Virus record (IMG/VR): IMGVR_UViG_3300017778_001871
Coordinates: 1-24,478 of that record
DNA length: 24,478 bases
Source: a virus
Taxonomy: Duplodnaviria; Caudoviricetes
Direction: 5' to 3' (one strand)
In this document: positions 16,746 to 24,478 of the stretch, piece by piece
Layout of the letters: each line of letters opens with the position of its first letter
Position numbering within the stretch: the first letter of the stretch is position 1
Position numbers and translations under genes: made by a program
Notes under the pieces: generated by a model
Database searches by the model: none
Seen by the model: only the letters and a program-made list of their open reading frames with translations
What the model was told of the DNA's origin: nothing

Positions 16746-17363
16746 TTATCCCGTTACAACGTCATTTACTGTGCGAGCAACAACTGTACCAATACCAGTA
16801 CCGTTAGGTGTTTGATTGGCGTTGTCATACTTGATGGTCATTGCAATTGTGGCAGGTTCGTTAGAGCTGTATGCCATGTCGCCGTAGTCGGCCTGTTGCA
16901 AATAGCAACCATACAGTTCCCATGTTTCCAACACAATAGCGTCTGATGCGCCATTGCCGCCGTCAAGCACTTCAAAACGTGTGGTAAACTTGTAGTCAAT
17001 ACCAGAAGCAGCAGATGCCATTTCCAAGAAGTCCATTTGTTTCTGTACTTGTTCGCCAACTAGTCGAGTAACTGCACCAGATGCGTCATCACGTAATGTG
17101 CAAGTGACATCGTTCCATGTTGCACGACCAGCCAAATGCAATCTACTGTTGTAGATTGGGATTTCAATGTCTTCAAATTGCAAGCTAGGACGTTTGAAGT
17201 CCATGACTTGTTTTGTTAATTCTGTTCGGGGTGTGCTCACTCCGAAGTTTTCAAATATCACTCTAAAGCGATATTTAAGTTTAGGCATGAGTAACCCTTG
17301 GTTGCTGGCGCTTTGATCGCTAGCCAAGGGCACTGTCATTCTTGTTAATGATGCAACGGCCAT
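16746..17363 (-). CDS. gp19: Tail tube protein (T4 gp19-like)
   Basis: PKLKYRFRV...RPSL...LAGRATWNDVTCTLRDD...ETWELYGCY...MTIKYD; directly downstream of the sheath; SD AGGAG. Confidence 0.9.
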   Translation of the reverse strand: MAVASLTRMTVPLASDQSASNQGLLMPKLKYRFRVIFENFGVSTPRTELTKQVMDFKRPSLQFEDIEIPIYNSRLHLAGRATWNDVTCTLRDDASGAVTRLVGEQVQKQMDFLEMASAASGIDYKFTTRFEVLDGGNGASDAIVLETWELYGCYLQQADYGDMAYSSNEPATIAMTIKYDNANQTPNGTGIGTVVARTVNDVVTG

Positions 17364-17384
17364 AAGTGTTATCTCCTATAGTGT

Positions 17385-17391
17385 TATTTAT
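17385..17391 (-). promoter_or_regulatory. Late promoter-like motif ATAAATA for the tail tube operon
   Basis: Lies between the sheath terminator and the tube SD. Confidence 0.65.
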
Positions 17392-17404
17392 GAGATATCA
17401 GACC

Positions 17405-17434
17405 AAAAAAAATGGGGTGTTGCCACCCCATTTT
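17405..17434 (-). terminator. Rho-independent terminator after the tail sheath
   Basis: Minus strand AAAATGGGGTG-GCAA-CACCCCA followed by a T8 tract. Confidence 0.85.
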
Positions 17435-17451
17435 ATTGCCTAGCGGTGCCG

Positions 17452-20400
17452 TTATGCTGCCTGTGCAGTGGCTACTGAACCTGCTGCAATTTCGCCAGTG
17501 TTCTTGAGGCGAATTGGAATGTAGATGAATTCCACGGACTTCATTGGTTCGATTGCAATGTCAACCCACAATTCGTTAGCATCAATTCTTGCTGGTGTGT
17601 TGTTGGTGTCATCGCACACAACCAAGAAGTCATAGATACCACGTTTGGCAATCAAGTCAATCATTAGACCATTCACAGAATTTTTAATTTCATCTCTGGT
17701 GATCTGATCGTTTGGCTCAAACAAGAATTGTTTACCAATTTCTTCAAGTCTTGATCTGATAAAACATACCAATCGTGCAACGTTGATACGATCCAGTGAT
17801 GTGGTTGGAGCATACACTGTTTTGTTACCAAAGTTTGTGATACCCACACCTGGCACAAACGTAATTGGGTTGATATCATTCACATACAACACATCACGTA
17901 GGCCTTGATTCACGCCAATGGTAACAAACTCACCAGTTTGTCCGTTGATATAACCAATTGCGTCTGCATTGTCAATAACACCACGACGTGTACCAGCAGG
18001 TGCCAACCATGGATAGCTCACTTCGTCACTGCGGATGATTGTTCTAACCATCATGTGACTTGGTGCTGTAACCACACTGCTACCGCTTAGGTCAACAGTT
18101 CGGCAACTTGGCCAGAACACACCCAAGTATGGTGAACTTGTTACTAGGCCGTCACCTGTAATATATCCATCACCGGCGTTGTTGGTTGCCCATGACGCAA
18201 TGTCGGTACCAGTGCCCGGCAAACGCATTGGTGTGTCACCAACAACAAATGCAGTGTTGTTTCTTTCATTGCTGAGTGCTACCATGTTGGTAATCAACTC
18301 TGGGTAGGCAGTACATGCAATCAAGTTAAATTGCACTTGTTCTTCTCTAATGGTAACACTGGTATCAATACCTGACTTTAATGCTGCCACAATCAAAGCA
18401 CGTTGAGCAAAGCGGCCCATGTTTGGTGCGCCGTTGTCTTTGTTGCCACTGGCAGTGACCCATGAATTGGTTTGCAATGGATCCCAGTATGCTGTGTTTG
18501 AAGGCGCTGTTCCTGTTGGCGGCACAGCAACTGCCACATACAATACTGTGTTGTACAACACTGCGTCACCAATGGCATATTGAGTACTGGCGCTGTATGT
18601 GTCATATGCAAAGTCAGCTGCATTAAAATAATCAGTCTGGAATGACTTAACGTTAAATCCAGAACGACGTGTGTTAAACACCAACATTCCTGATGGATAC
18701 AAGGTATAGTCAGGAGCATCAACATCTAGATAATCACTAGTTAGCAAACTCTTGATTGTTGGCAGTGCACCGGTAATAGGATCCACTGTGCCTGTAGAAC
18801 TCCAACGAGCATCTGCAAACAACACACCATTTTCTGTGGTTTGATCGGTATTGTCAAGTGTTACCCACTGATCAACTCCCTCCACATTAGACCAACGATT
18901 GATCACAGGATAGATTTCTAAATTGCTAGTATCAATCCACAAGTCACCATAGGCCAGGTCAGTTGTGCCATCACTTTGTGTGGTCGGAGCACTGGCGCTG
19001 ATTTGCGGACCGTTTGGATCAGTTAAACTGAGATTGTCGCCACGTACATCGTTGGTTTCGTTTCTGTAACCCAGCCAACCTGTGCCACTTTGAATCATGA
19101 TATCAACCTGGTTGGTAGCTGAATAATACCAGTAACGCCCATCTGCAGGATCTTGATCAATTGCTGTTGAGCTTGCAGTGTAATCTAATGCAACCCATCC
19201 GCTCAGCAACAGTTGATCTTCGTCGTCAATTACTGAACTTCTGCAACCAGTTACAGAAGAATCAAATCCTGCATTTGCAACTGGAGATCCTGTTACATTT
19301 TGCAATACAATCACGCCACCAATGCTTTGTGTAAACACAATGTATCCGTCGCTGTTCACAGAAGCACTTACACCAGCCACGTTGGCGGCACTAACTGCTT
19401 GTATAAAAGCAGCAACAGTGGTTCCACCTAAGGTAACTGTAACCGGAGTAGTTAATGTAGTACTGTTAGCAGTAGATGTTTGAATGGTAAATGTGTTACC
19501 GTTTACAAATACCGGAGTATCATCATTGCCTGTCACAACAGTTGATCCAAGATTCAAACGTTCAAACACTTGCAAAGTATAAGTGTTGTTATAAGGATAT
19601 TGAATGTCACCACTGTCTTCTGGACTTACATTGTATTGAGTATACGTTGTTCCAGCTGGAATATTTTTGCCGCCACCCGATGCATCTAGTGATGCATTTG
19701 CTGACCAGTCATTGGCATAAACCAATGCTGTTTGTTGAACAAACGCACCCAACGGAGTTGAGTATTTCTTCACAACTATTGATGTGCCAAGATTAGAAGC
19801 AGTTATTTTGTTCCAAACTGATCCTGTTGGGCGAGGCTGTTCATCAGTTGTTCTCCAACGTGGAACTGTGTAGTTAGGACTTTGTTGTAAAGTAGGTGCA
19901 TAGTAAGTTTTGTCCGCTGTAAGACCCAACGTGGTCAACAGTCCTGCGGTGCTACCAACACCAGATATCACAACAAGTCCATCATTTGCAGTAGAGCCGT
20001 CGGCAGTAGCAGTAGCATCTGCAAACAATTGCAATTTGTTATCAATCACAGCCGAGTACACCCCGTCAATGGCAGCAGAATTAATGGCTGCACTTAGTCC
20101 AGCAATGTCATTGTTAGGTGATGCAGGCACAACCACCGAGGTGCCATTGATCACAATAGTATTAGCGGCAGTTAAATCTGACACAACTGCATTTTGACCA
20201 ATCACAGTAGGCCAGCTCAATTTCCAATCGTTACTGCCAACTAGTACCCAGGTGTTATACAACCCGTACAATACACTAGCAGTAGTTTGAGTAGTGGTGG
20301 CTGCACCATTTTTATAATAGATAGGATTGGCTGTGTTGGTTGCAACCACAGCATAATCACCAATGCTACCATAGCTGGTAGAAGGAATATCTGCTACTAA

Positions 20401-20907
20401 TTCAGTAGTATCAGTAATCACTCCGGGCACTTGATTGGTAAATGCCGCAGTGGTTGAATTCCATTCAAAAATTCCCCACAATGTGTTAGCAGTATCCAGC
20501 CAAAATTCACCATTGTTTGGTTCACCAGTGGGACGCACTAAAGAAGCTGTGAGTTCAGTTAGATCAATGTCGCAACGTTGTATATACGCACGATTGGTAA
20601 TGCCCATTGCAGAGTAAGCAGCAAGCAGTCCATATTCATTGAGTTCGTATCCATTGATTGGAGTACCAGTTGTGGTCTTGTAGAAGAACGGATTGCCAAA
20701 TGTAGCAGTTAAATCACGTTGACTGGTGATTAAATAAGCCTTGTTAGCATTGGCTTCGGTAGTGCCAGCGGCTACGCCAACACCCGAACCTGAAACTTTA
20801 TTCTGCGCCGTTGCAATTAAGAAATACGGTACTGAATTAGTAGCTGATGAAATGTAATTGCTTTCATCAATGATAGAGACTTGTACGCCTGGTGAAACTA
20901 GTGCCAT
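17452..20907 (-). CDS. gp18: Tail sheath protein (T4 gp18-like) with large insertions
   Basis: MALVSPGVQVSIIDES N-terminus; PWLAPAGTRRG, INPI, GNKT, LDRINVARL, FLFEPND, VVCDDTNNTPARIDANELWVDIAIEPMKSVEFIYI C-terminus. Confidence 0.95.
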   Translation of the reverse strand: MALVSPGVQVSIIDESNYISSATNSVPYFLIATAQNKVSGSGVGVAAGTTEANANKAYLITSQRDLTATFGNPFFYKTTTGTPINGYELNEYGLLAAYSAMGITNRAYIQRCDIDLTELTASLVRPTGEPNNGEFWLDTANTLWGIFEWNSTTAAFTNQVPGVITDTTELVADIPSTSYGSIGDYAVVATNTANPIYYKNGAATTTQTTASVLYGLYNTWVLVGSNDWKLSWPTVIGQNAVVSDLTAANTIVINGTSVVVPASPNNDIAGLSAAINSAAIDGVYSAVIDNKLQLFADATATADGSTANDGLVVISGVGSTAGLLTTLGLTADKTYYAPTLQQSPNYTVPRWRTTDEQPRPTGSVWNKITASNLGTSIVVKKYSTPLGAFVQQTALVYANDWSANASLDASGGGKNIPAGTTYTQYNVSPEDSGDIQYPYNNTYTLQVFERLNLGSTVVTGNDDTPVFVNGNTFTIQTSTANSTTLTTPVTVTLGGTTVAAFIQAVSAANVAGVSASVNSDGYIVFTQSIGGVIVLQNVTGSPVANAGFDSSVTGCRSSVIDDEDQLLLSGWVALDYTASSTAIDQDPADGRYWYYSATNQVDIMIQSGTGWLGYRNETNDVRGDNLSLTDPNGPQISASAPTTQSDGTTDLAYGDLWIDTSNLEIYPVINRWSNVEGVDQWVTLDNTDQTTENGVLFADARWSSTGTVDPITGALPTIKSLLTSDYLDVDAPDYTLYPSGMLVFNTRRSGFNVKSFQTDYFNAADFAYDTYSASTQYAIGDAVLYNTVLYVAVAVPPTGTAPSNTAYWDPLQTNSWVTASGNKDNGAPNMGRFAQRALIVAALKSGIDTSVTIREEQVQFNLIACTAYPELITNMVALSNERNNTAFVVGDTPMRLPGTGTDIASWATNNAGDGYITGDGLVTSSPYLGVFWPSCRTVDLSGSSVVTAPSHMMVRTIIRSDEVSYPWLAPAGTRRGVIDNADAIGYINGQTGEFVTIGVNQGLRDVLYVNDINPITFVPGVGITNFGNKTVYAPTTSLDRINVARLVCFIRSRLEEIGKQFLFEPNDQITRDEIKNSVNGLMIDLIAKRGIYDFLVVCDDTNNTPARIDANELWVDIAIEPMKSVEFIYIPIRLKNTGEIAAGSVATAQAA

Positions 20908-20932
20908 GGTGGCTCCTTTTAAAACTTATAGA

Positions 20933-20939
20933 TATTTAT
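20933..20939 (-). promoter_or_regulatory. Late promoter-like motif ATAAATA for the tail sheath
   Basis: 25 nt upstream of ATG 20907; SD AAGGAG. Confidence 0.65.
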
Positions 20940-20992
20940 CGTAGAAGCCCAAAACACCGGTGGTTGCTGAGCCCTACTCAGTAGGTTTGCTC

Positions 20993-20999
20993 ATAAATA
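20993..20999 (+). promoter_or_regulatory. Late promoter-like motif ATAAATA for the HNH-like gene, divergent from the sheath
   Basis: ATAAATA-TCAGT-ATG(21005); no SD. Confidence 0.55.
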
Positions 21000-21004
21000 T
21001 CAGT

Positions 21005-21352
21005 ATGATTAGACCAATGTGCTTGAGTTGCAACCAAAGATTTAGGGCAGTTGCATACCATACTGAGAATAAAACACAGTATAGAAAGCTGTGTGATCAT
21101 TGTATTAGACGCAAGAAGAAAATACCTACACCAGAAGCATTGTGGAAACGTGCAGGGTACAAGAAAAAAGCCACATGCGATCGATGTGGCTTCAAATCAA
21201 GGTATGCAAGTCAACTACTGGTTTATCATGTGGATGGCAACATGAAAAATACCACGCTCACTAACCTTAGAACAATTTGTTTGAATTGTGTGGAAGAAGT
21301 CAAACGTATGGATCTTCCCTGGGCACAAGGCGATCTGCAAGTTGACCGTTAG
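21005..21352 (+). CDS. Small HNH-like / zinc-finger protein
   Basis: CLSC, CDHC, CDRC and YHVDGNMKNTTLTNLRTICLNC; start at ATG 21005. Confidence 0.75.
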   Translation: MIRPMCLSCNQRFRAVAYHTENKTQYRKLCDHCIRRKKKIPTPEALWKRAGYKKKATCDRCGFKSRYASQLLVYHVDGNMKNTTLTNLRTICLNCVEEVKRMDLPWAQGDLQVDR

Positions 21353-21984
21353 GTACTTGCTAGTATTTTGACCTGTTGATACAGGTCGTCGAGAGTGCCA
21401 TTGTTGTCTAGTACAGCATCAAACTCAGTGCCCACCCATGCAGTTTCACTGGCATGGATACCCAATTTTTCTAACTTGCGTTGACTCAGTGCCCATGTTG
21501 AATTGCCATTAGCGCCACGATTAACACTCACAGCTGAATTATACCAAGCAGGCTCAGGGCCACGCACCACACGAATCACACGTCCACCAGCATTCTTAAT
21601 GGCTAGAATTTCGTTGGGAAAACGGCAATCTGAAATAACAACATCATCTTGGCTGTGGCGCAGTTTGTTTTCCAAGCTGGCAATCCAAATGTCGTCATGA
21701 AATCCTGCTCTGCACACTTCTGTACCCCAGTATTGCAAGATCCAGCGTGGTGTTAGTGTGGGCATGCCCAGGCGTTCTGCCCACCATGGATCCACACGTT
21801 CACGCCATTCTCTGGCTTGTTTTGTGCGTCCTTCCAGCATGGTTCTGTCCCAACCAAACACTTGTGCCACAGCATCTTTTAGTGTTGAAGCAAAACTTTC
21901 TCTACGAAAGTGATGCAAATTTACCAGATAGTCAGCAATAGTGTCTTTGCCTGACCCAATGAATCCACAGATGCCAATGATCAT
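21349..21984 (-). CDS. gp1: Deoxynucleoside monophosphate kinase (T4 gp1-like)
   Basis: IIGICGFIGSGKDT, FASTLKD, TPRWILQYWGTE, VISDCRFPNE, HASE, NNGTLDDL; start at ATG 21984. Confidence 0.92.
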   Translation of the reverse strand: MIIGICGFIGSGKDTIADYLVNLHHFRRESFASTLKDAVAQVFGWDRTMLEGRTKQAREWRERVDPWWAERLGMPTLTPRWILQYWGTEVCRAGFHDDIWIASLENKLRHSQDDVVISDCRFPNEILAIKNAGGRVIRVVRGPEPAWYNSAVSVNRGANGNSTWALSQRKLEKLGIHASETAWVGTEFDAVLDNNGTLDDLYQQVKILAST

Positions 21985-22913
21985 GCTTTTCCTATCTCTA
22001 AGTTGTGATATGTATTTTCTTCCAAAATGGAATGCCACTGCAATGTATTACTTGTTAAGTCTGTAACACTGTCAAATTTCAATGCTAAATTGTGATTGTA
22101 CAACAATTTGCTGGCTATTACAACCTCCTTAGCAAAAGTTATATCATACCCTTCAAGATTCATTGATGTATTATTTACTATGCAATTTACAATTTCTGGC
22201 AAGTCATAGAAAAAATCAGTTTTGTTTTTCTCTAACCATTTGTGGTATACGTTGATCCATTCTGGATATCTAGATTTGTCAATGCTCAGCCCCAAAAACT
22301 CAAATATATCAAACATAACAATATCTAAGTTGGACCAAACACTGTCAAAATCAATTTTGTATAAATTATCGGCATCTTCAAGCGTCTCATTGAGCATTTG
22401 TCCTTTAATGCAGCCAGGATAAAACAAACTTAAAATTTCTCTAAGTTCTCCTGTACTCAAATTCAATGACGAATTTCCAACCAGGGTATTAAACGATCGA
22501 ACAACATTATCTATTTTTTCGTATTGTAAATAAAAAATTAAATCTACATGGTTCTGAGAAAAATTATATGAAATAAATTTCACAGTTGGATAAGTTTTTA
22601 TAATATTGTTATAATTAATTTGTGTGGCATCGTCAACATAGTAAAAAGTATTTAACAGATATTTACTAGTCAAAAATATGTCAATAACAATCGGCAACAA
22701 ATCAATGTTTGGATGAGTTTTTTTATATCCGTGTGCAGTTGCACCTTTAAGTGGATTATTACTAATACTTTGTATGTGTGTCTGTTGGAAAATTCCTCTA
22801 TTGGGCCGATCAGGCACGACAACTAAATTTTCTGTGCTACCGGACAAAAATTGAATAGACCAATCTAAAAATGTTCCTCCGCAACCTCCTGGACCTAGTA
22901 TACCAACGATCAT
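21981..22913 (-). CDS. AT-rich accessory protein with an N-terminal P-loop-like motif, possibly sulfotransferase-fold
   Basis: 310 aa; GPGGCGGTFLDW; ATGA overlaps on both sides; visibly lower GC than its neighbours. Confidence 0.55.
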   Translation of the reverse strand: MIVGILGPGGCGGTFLDWSIQFLSGSTENLVVVPDRPNRGIFQQTHIQSISNNPLKGATAHGYKKTHPNIDLLPIVIDIFLTSKYLLNTFYYVDDATQINYNNIIKTYPTVKFISYNFSQNHVDLIFYLQYEKIDNVVRSFNTLVGNSSLNLSTGELREILSLFYPGCIKGQMLNETLEDADNLYKIDFDSVWSNLDIVMFDIFEFLGLSIDKSRYPEWINVYHKWLEKNKTDFFYDLPEIVNCIVNNTSMNLEGYDITFAKEVVIASKLLYNHNLALKFDSVTDLTSNTLQWHSILEENTYHNLEIGKA

Positions 22914-23431
22914 TTTAGCTCCCGAACGTTGAGGTATTTAAGTGTATTTTGTAGCATGCCTATTTGTCTGCGGCAGTCTTCTAGCGCATGGTGTGTGGTT
23001 GGAGGCATGGGTTGATCAGGCCATAATGAAAACACTGTGCGGCTATCTCGTACCTGGTAGTATTGCCAGGGCAAGGGTTTGTTATAGCTCTTGTAAGCAT
23101 GCTCCAGAATGTTCATGTCGTATGTTGGGCCTTGTGCCCATACTCGCTTGGCATGCCAAATTAGTTTACCCAACCCGCCCAGTGCCTCATCCAATGGTAT
23201 GCGGTCTTCTTCAGCAAACGCTTCGTCACGCACCACAGCAGGTTGTGTGGCCCACCATTCTATGGTGCCTTGCTGTATGCTACGAGTTTCTTGGCTTTCC
23301 AAGGTGACCCTAGCGTAGAATGATTGCTCGTAATAGCCAGAGCCAAACGGATCAAATGCTTGAGCAGCAATGGTAAGAATAGTAGTGTCAGGGCCTGTTC
23401 CCAGGCCCTCAAGATCAATCATCAAGTCCAT
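22910..23431 (-). CDS. DEDDh 3'-5' exonuclease (DexA / Rv2179c-like)
   Basis: MIDLEGL, TIEWW, WAQGPTYD, PWQYYQVRDSRT, HHALED. Confidence 0.88.
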   Translation of the reverse strand: MDLMIDLEGLGTGPDTTILTIAAQAFDPFGSGYYEQSFYARVTLESQETRSIQQGTIEWWATQPAVVRDEAFAEEDRIPLDEALGGLGKLIWHAKRVWAQGPTYDMNILEHAYKSYNKPLPWQYYQVRDSRTVFSLWPDQPMPPTTHHALEDCRRQIGMLQNTLKYLNVRELK

Positions 23432-23437
23432 TTGATG

Positions 23438-23466
23438 ATTATAACAGATTTATGACTGGTTGTCTA
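23438..23466 (-). promoter_or_regulatory. Sigma70-type promoter with extended -10 for the exonuclease-dNMP kinase unit
   Basis: TAGACA (23466-23461), 17-nt spacer ending TGT, TATAAT (23443-23438); only 6 nt to the ATG. Confidence 0.75.
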
Positions 23467-23473
23467 TGCTGTG

Positions 23474-24241
23474 TTAACCAATAACCCAAGTCAAGGGCTG
23501 TGATCCATCAACGTAGTTTACCAATTGTAAAATTAGCGAATCAATTTCTGCTTTGGCTTCGGCCTTTAGTGCGGCACCATTCAGTGTGCCACCACCTTGT
23601 GGCCCGGCTATAGTGCCAAATTTTTCACGAGCTTCACCAATGATCATTTTACTGGCCGCTACCATGTAGTCACGGATCCATTGATTGATTTGATAGTCAC
23701 TCAAGAGATTAACTTCAGGTTTTAGATTGTACGTCCATAACAACACTGTTTCACCGCCGCCAACTGGGTTGCGCATTAACTGCAATTTCTTTGTGACAGG
23801 ATTCCATGTGTAAACATAGAACCCACCAAACATCCTGGCAGCTAGTTCTACATATTGACTGTAAAAATCGTATGTGGCCAAGCCACCCGATTGGTTAAAA
23901 TTGATCAAGTACACATTCATTTGTGCTTGGCTAAACGGATCAAAGTTTGAACCTTGCCCAGACACACTTGCACCAAACGTTCTGCGAAACACTTGTCGTA
24001 CACTTTGAACTTCTTGTGGCAGTGTGTAGATGTTCATGTTATCAACCAACTTCATGAAGCTGTAGCTTTCTTCATAGGCATTGTTGGCTCGTTGGCGGTA
24101 AGTGCCGATTGTTCTTGTATATGCGGCTTCGTAGTGAGCTGGGTCTAACTCGAGATCAACAATTTGACCTCCTAAAGTTAGACCCACATATTCAAACAAC
24201 GAATTTTTTAAAGTAATTAAATCTAATGCAGTTTCTGCCAT
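23474..24241 (-). CDS. gp13: Neck protein (T4 gp13-like)
   Basis: LGGQIVDLELD...YTLPQEVQSV...WIRDY...IGEAREKF...GPQGGGTLNG pattern; 255 aa. Confidence 0.8.
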   Translation of the reverse strand: MAETALDLITLKNSLFEYVGLTLGGQIVDLELDPAHYEAAYTRTIGTYRQRANNAYEESYSFMKLVDNMNIYTLPQEVQSVRQVFRRTFGASVSGQGSNFDPFSQAQMNVYLINFNQSGGLATYDFYSQYVELAARMFGGFYVYTWNPVTKKLQLMRNPVGGGETVLLWTYNLKPEVNLLSDYQINQWIRDYMVAASKMIIGEAREKFGTIAGPQGGGTLNGAALKAEAKAEIDSLILQLVNYVDGSQPLTWVIG

Positions 24242-24265
24242 AGGGACTCCTGGTCCCTATATTTA
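24240..24265 (-). promoter_or_regulatory. Late promoter-like TAAATA followed by an RBS-sequestering hairpin
   Basis: mRNA GGUAAAU-AUAGGGAC-CAGGA-GUCCCUAU-G: a perfect 8-bp stem covers part of the AUG, with the SD in the loop. Confidence 0.7.
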
Positions 24266-24478
24266 CCAGCTCTTAAGGATGATCAAGTTCTCTGTGCCAC
24301 GGGCATTCCATGCAGTTTCGGTGGCTTTGATATCTTTGAATGCTTTGCGGGCGGCTGGTTTGCCTGCACCCACAATACCTTTCAGCTGTTCTGCTGGCTT
24401 GCGCAGAGTCTTTTGCACTGTTTCCACAGTTGAGAATCCAATGACGGAGTTGTTTTTTACAGTGAATGCCTGTGTGTG
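24263..24478 (-). CDS. C-terminal part of a conserved T4-like phage hypothetical protein; 5' end outside the window
   Basis: Manual translation HTQAFTVKNNSVIGFSTVETVQKTLRKPAEQLKG...RGTENLIILKSW*; open frame to the window edge. Confidence 0.7.
   Translation of the reverse strand, partial: HTQAFTVKNNSVIGFSTVETVQKTLRKPAEQLKGIVGAGKPAARKAFKDIKATETAWNARGTENLIILKSW

Noticed and set aside
14769-22038. Longer ORF-track starts at 14891, 15328, 20960 and 22038 (also 9541, 10749, 592)
   Set aside because: Most overlap upstream genes or run through the promoter motif; downstream ATGs fit family N-termini, coupling overlaps or promoter spacing better
22160-22940. Additional TAAATA matches inside the AT-rich 310-aa gene and at 22935-22940
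   Set aside because: Expected by chance in low-GC coding DNA; the 22935 copy is plausible but lies within codons, so it was not called
1-24478. Alternative genetic code (stop-codon reassignment)
   Set aside because: Core genes are full length under the standard code, and TAA, TGA and TAG all occur as stops

Overview
Fragment of a large T4-related (contractile-tailed, myovirus-type) phage genome; no host chromosomal genes, tRNAs, rRNAs or CRISPR arrays are evident. Almost all genes are on the minus strand. In transcription order they are: neck protein (gp13-like), DEDDh exonuclease, an AT-rich P-loop accessory gene, dNMP kinase, a very large tail sheath (1151 aa), tail tube, a tube-like baseplate protein, head-completion nuclease (gp4-like), a probable small terminase, a cluster of putative internal head proteins (including an 813-aa modular protein and two tandem paralogs starting MRAREF), a signal-peptide-bearing thermonuclease, an SGNH-like gene, large terminase, a 647-aa modular protein, a DUF6492-like glycosyltransferase, gp32-uvsX-uvsY, and a cytidylyltransferase-cupin fusion cut by the window edge. 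Two genes are on the plus strand: a GIY-YIG/NUMOD3 homing endonuclease and a small HNH/Zn-finger protein. The most striking pattern is in the intergenic DNA. A T4 late-promoter-like TAAATA motif precedes 11 genes, and 10 of these fall into two classes. (i) The motif lies 4-7 nt before an ATG with no Shine-Dalgarno, predicting leaderless mRNAs. (ii) The gene has an SD that is base-paired by an anti-SD arm lying upstream of or overlapping the promoter, so only late-initiated transcripts would expose the RBS. Two near-consensus sigma70 promoters precede DNA-metabolism genes. All functional calls come from motif recognition by eye; no database searches were run.
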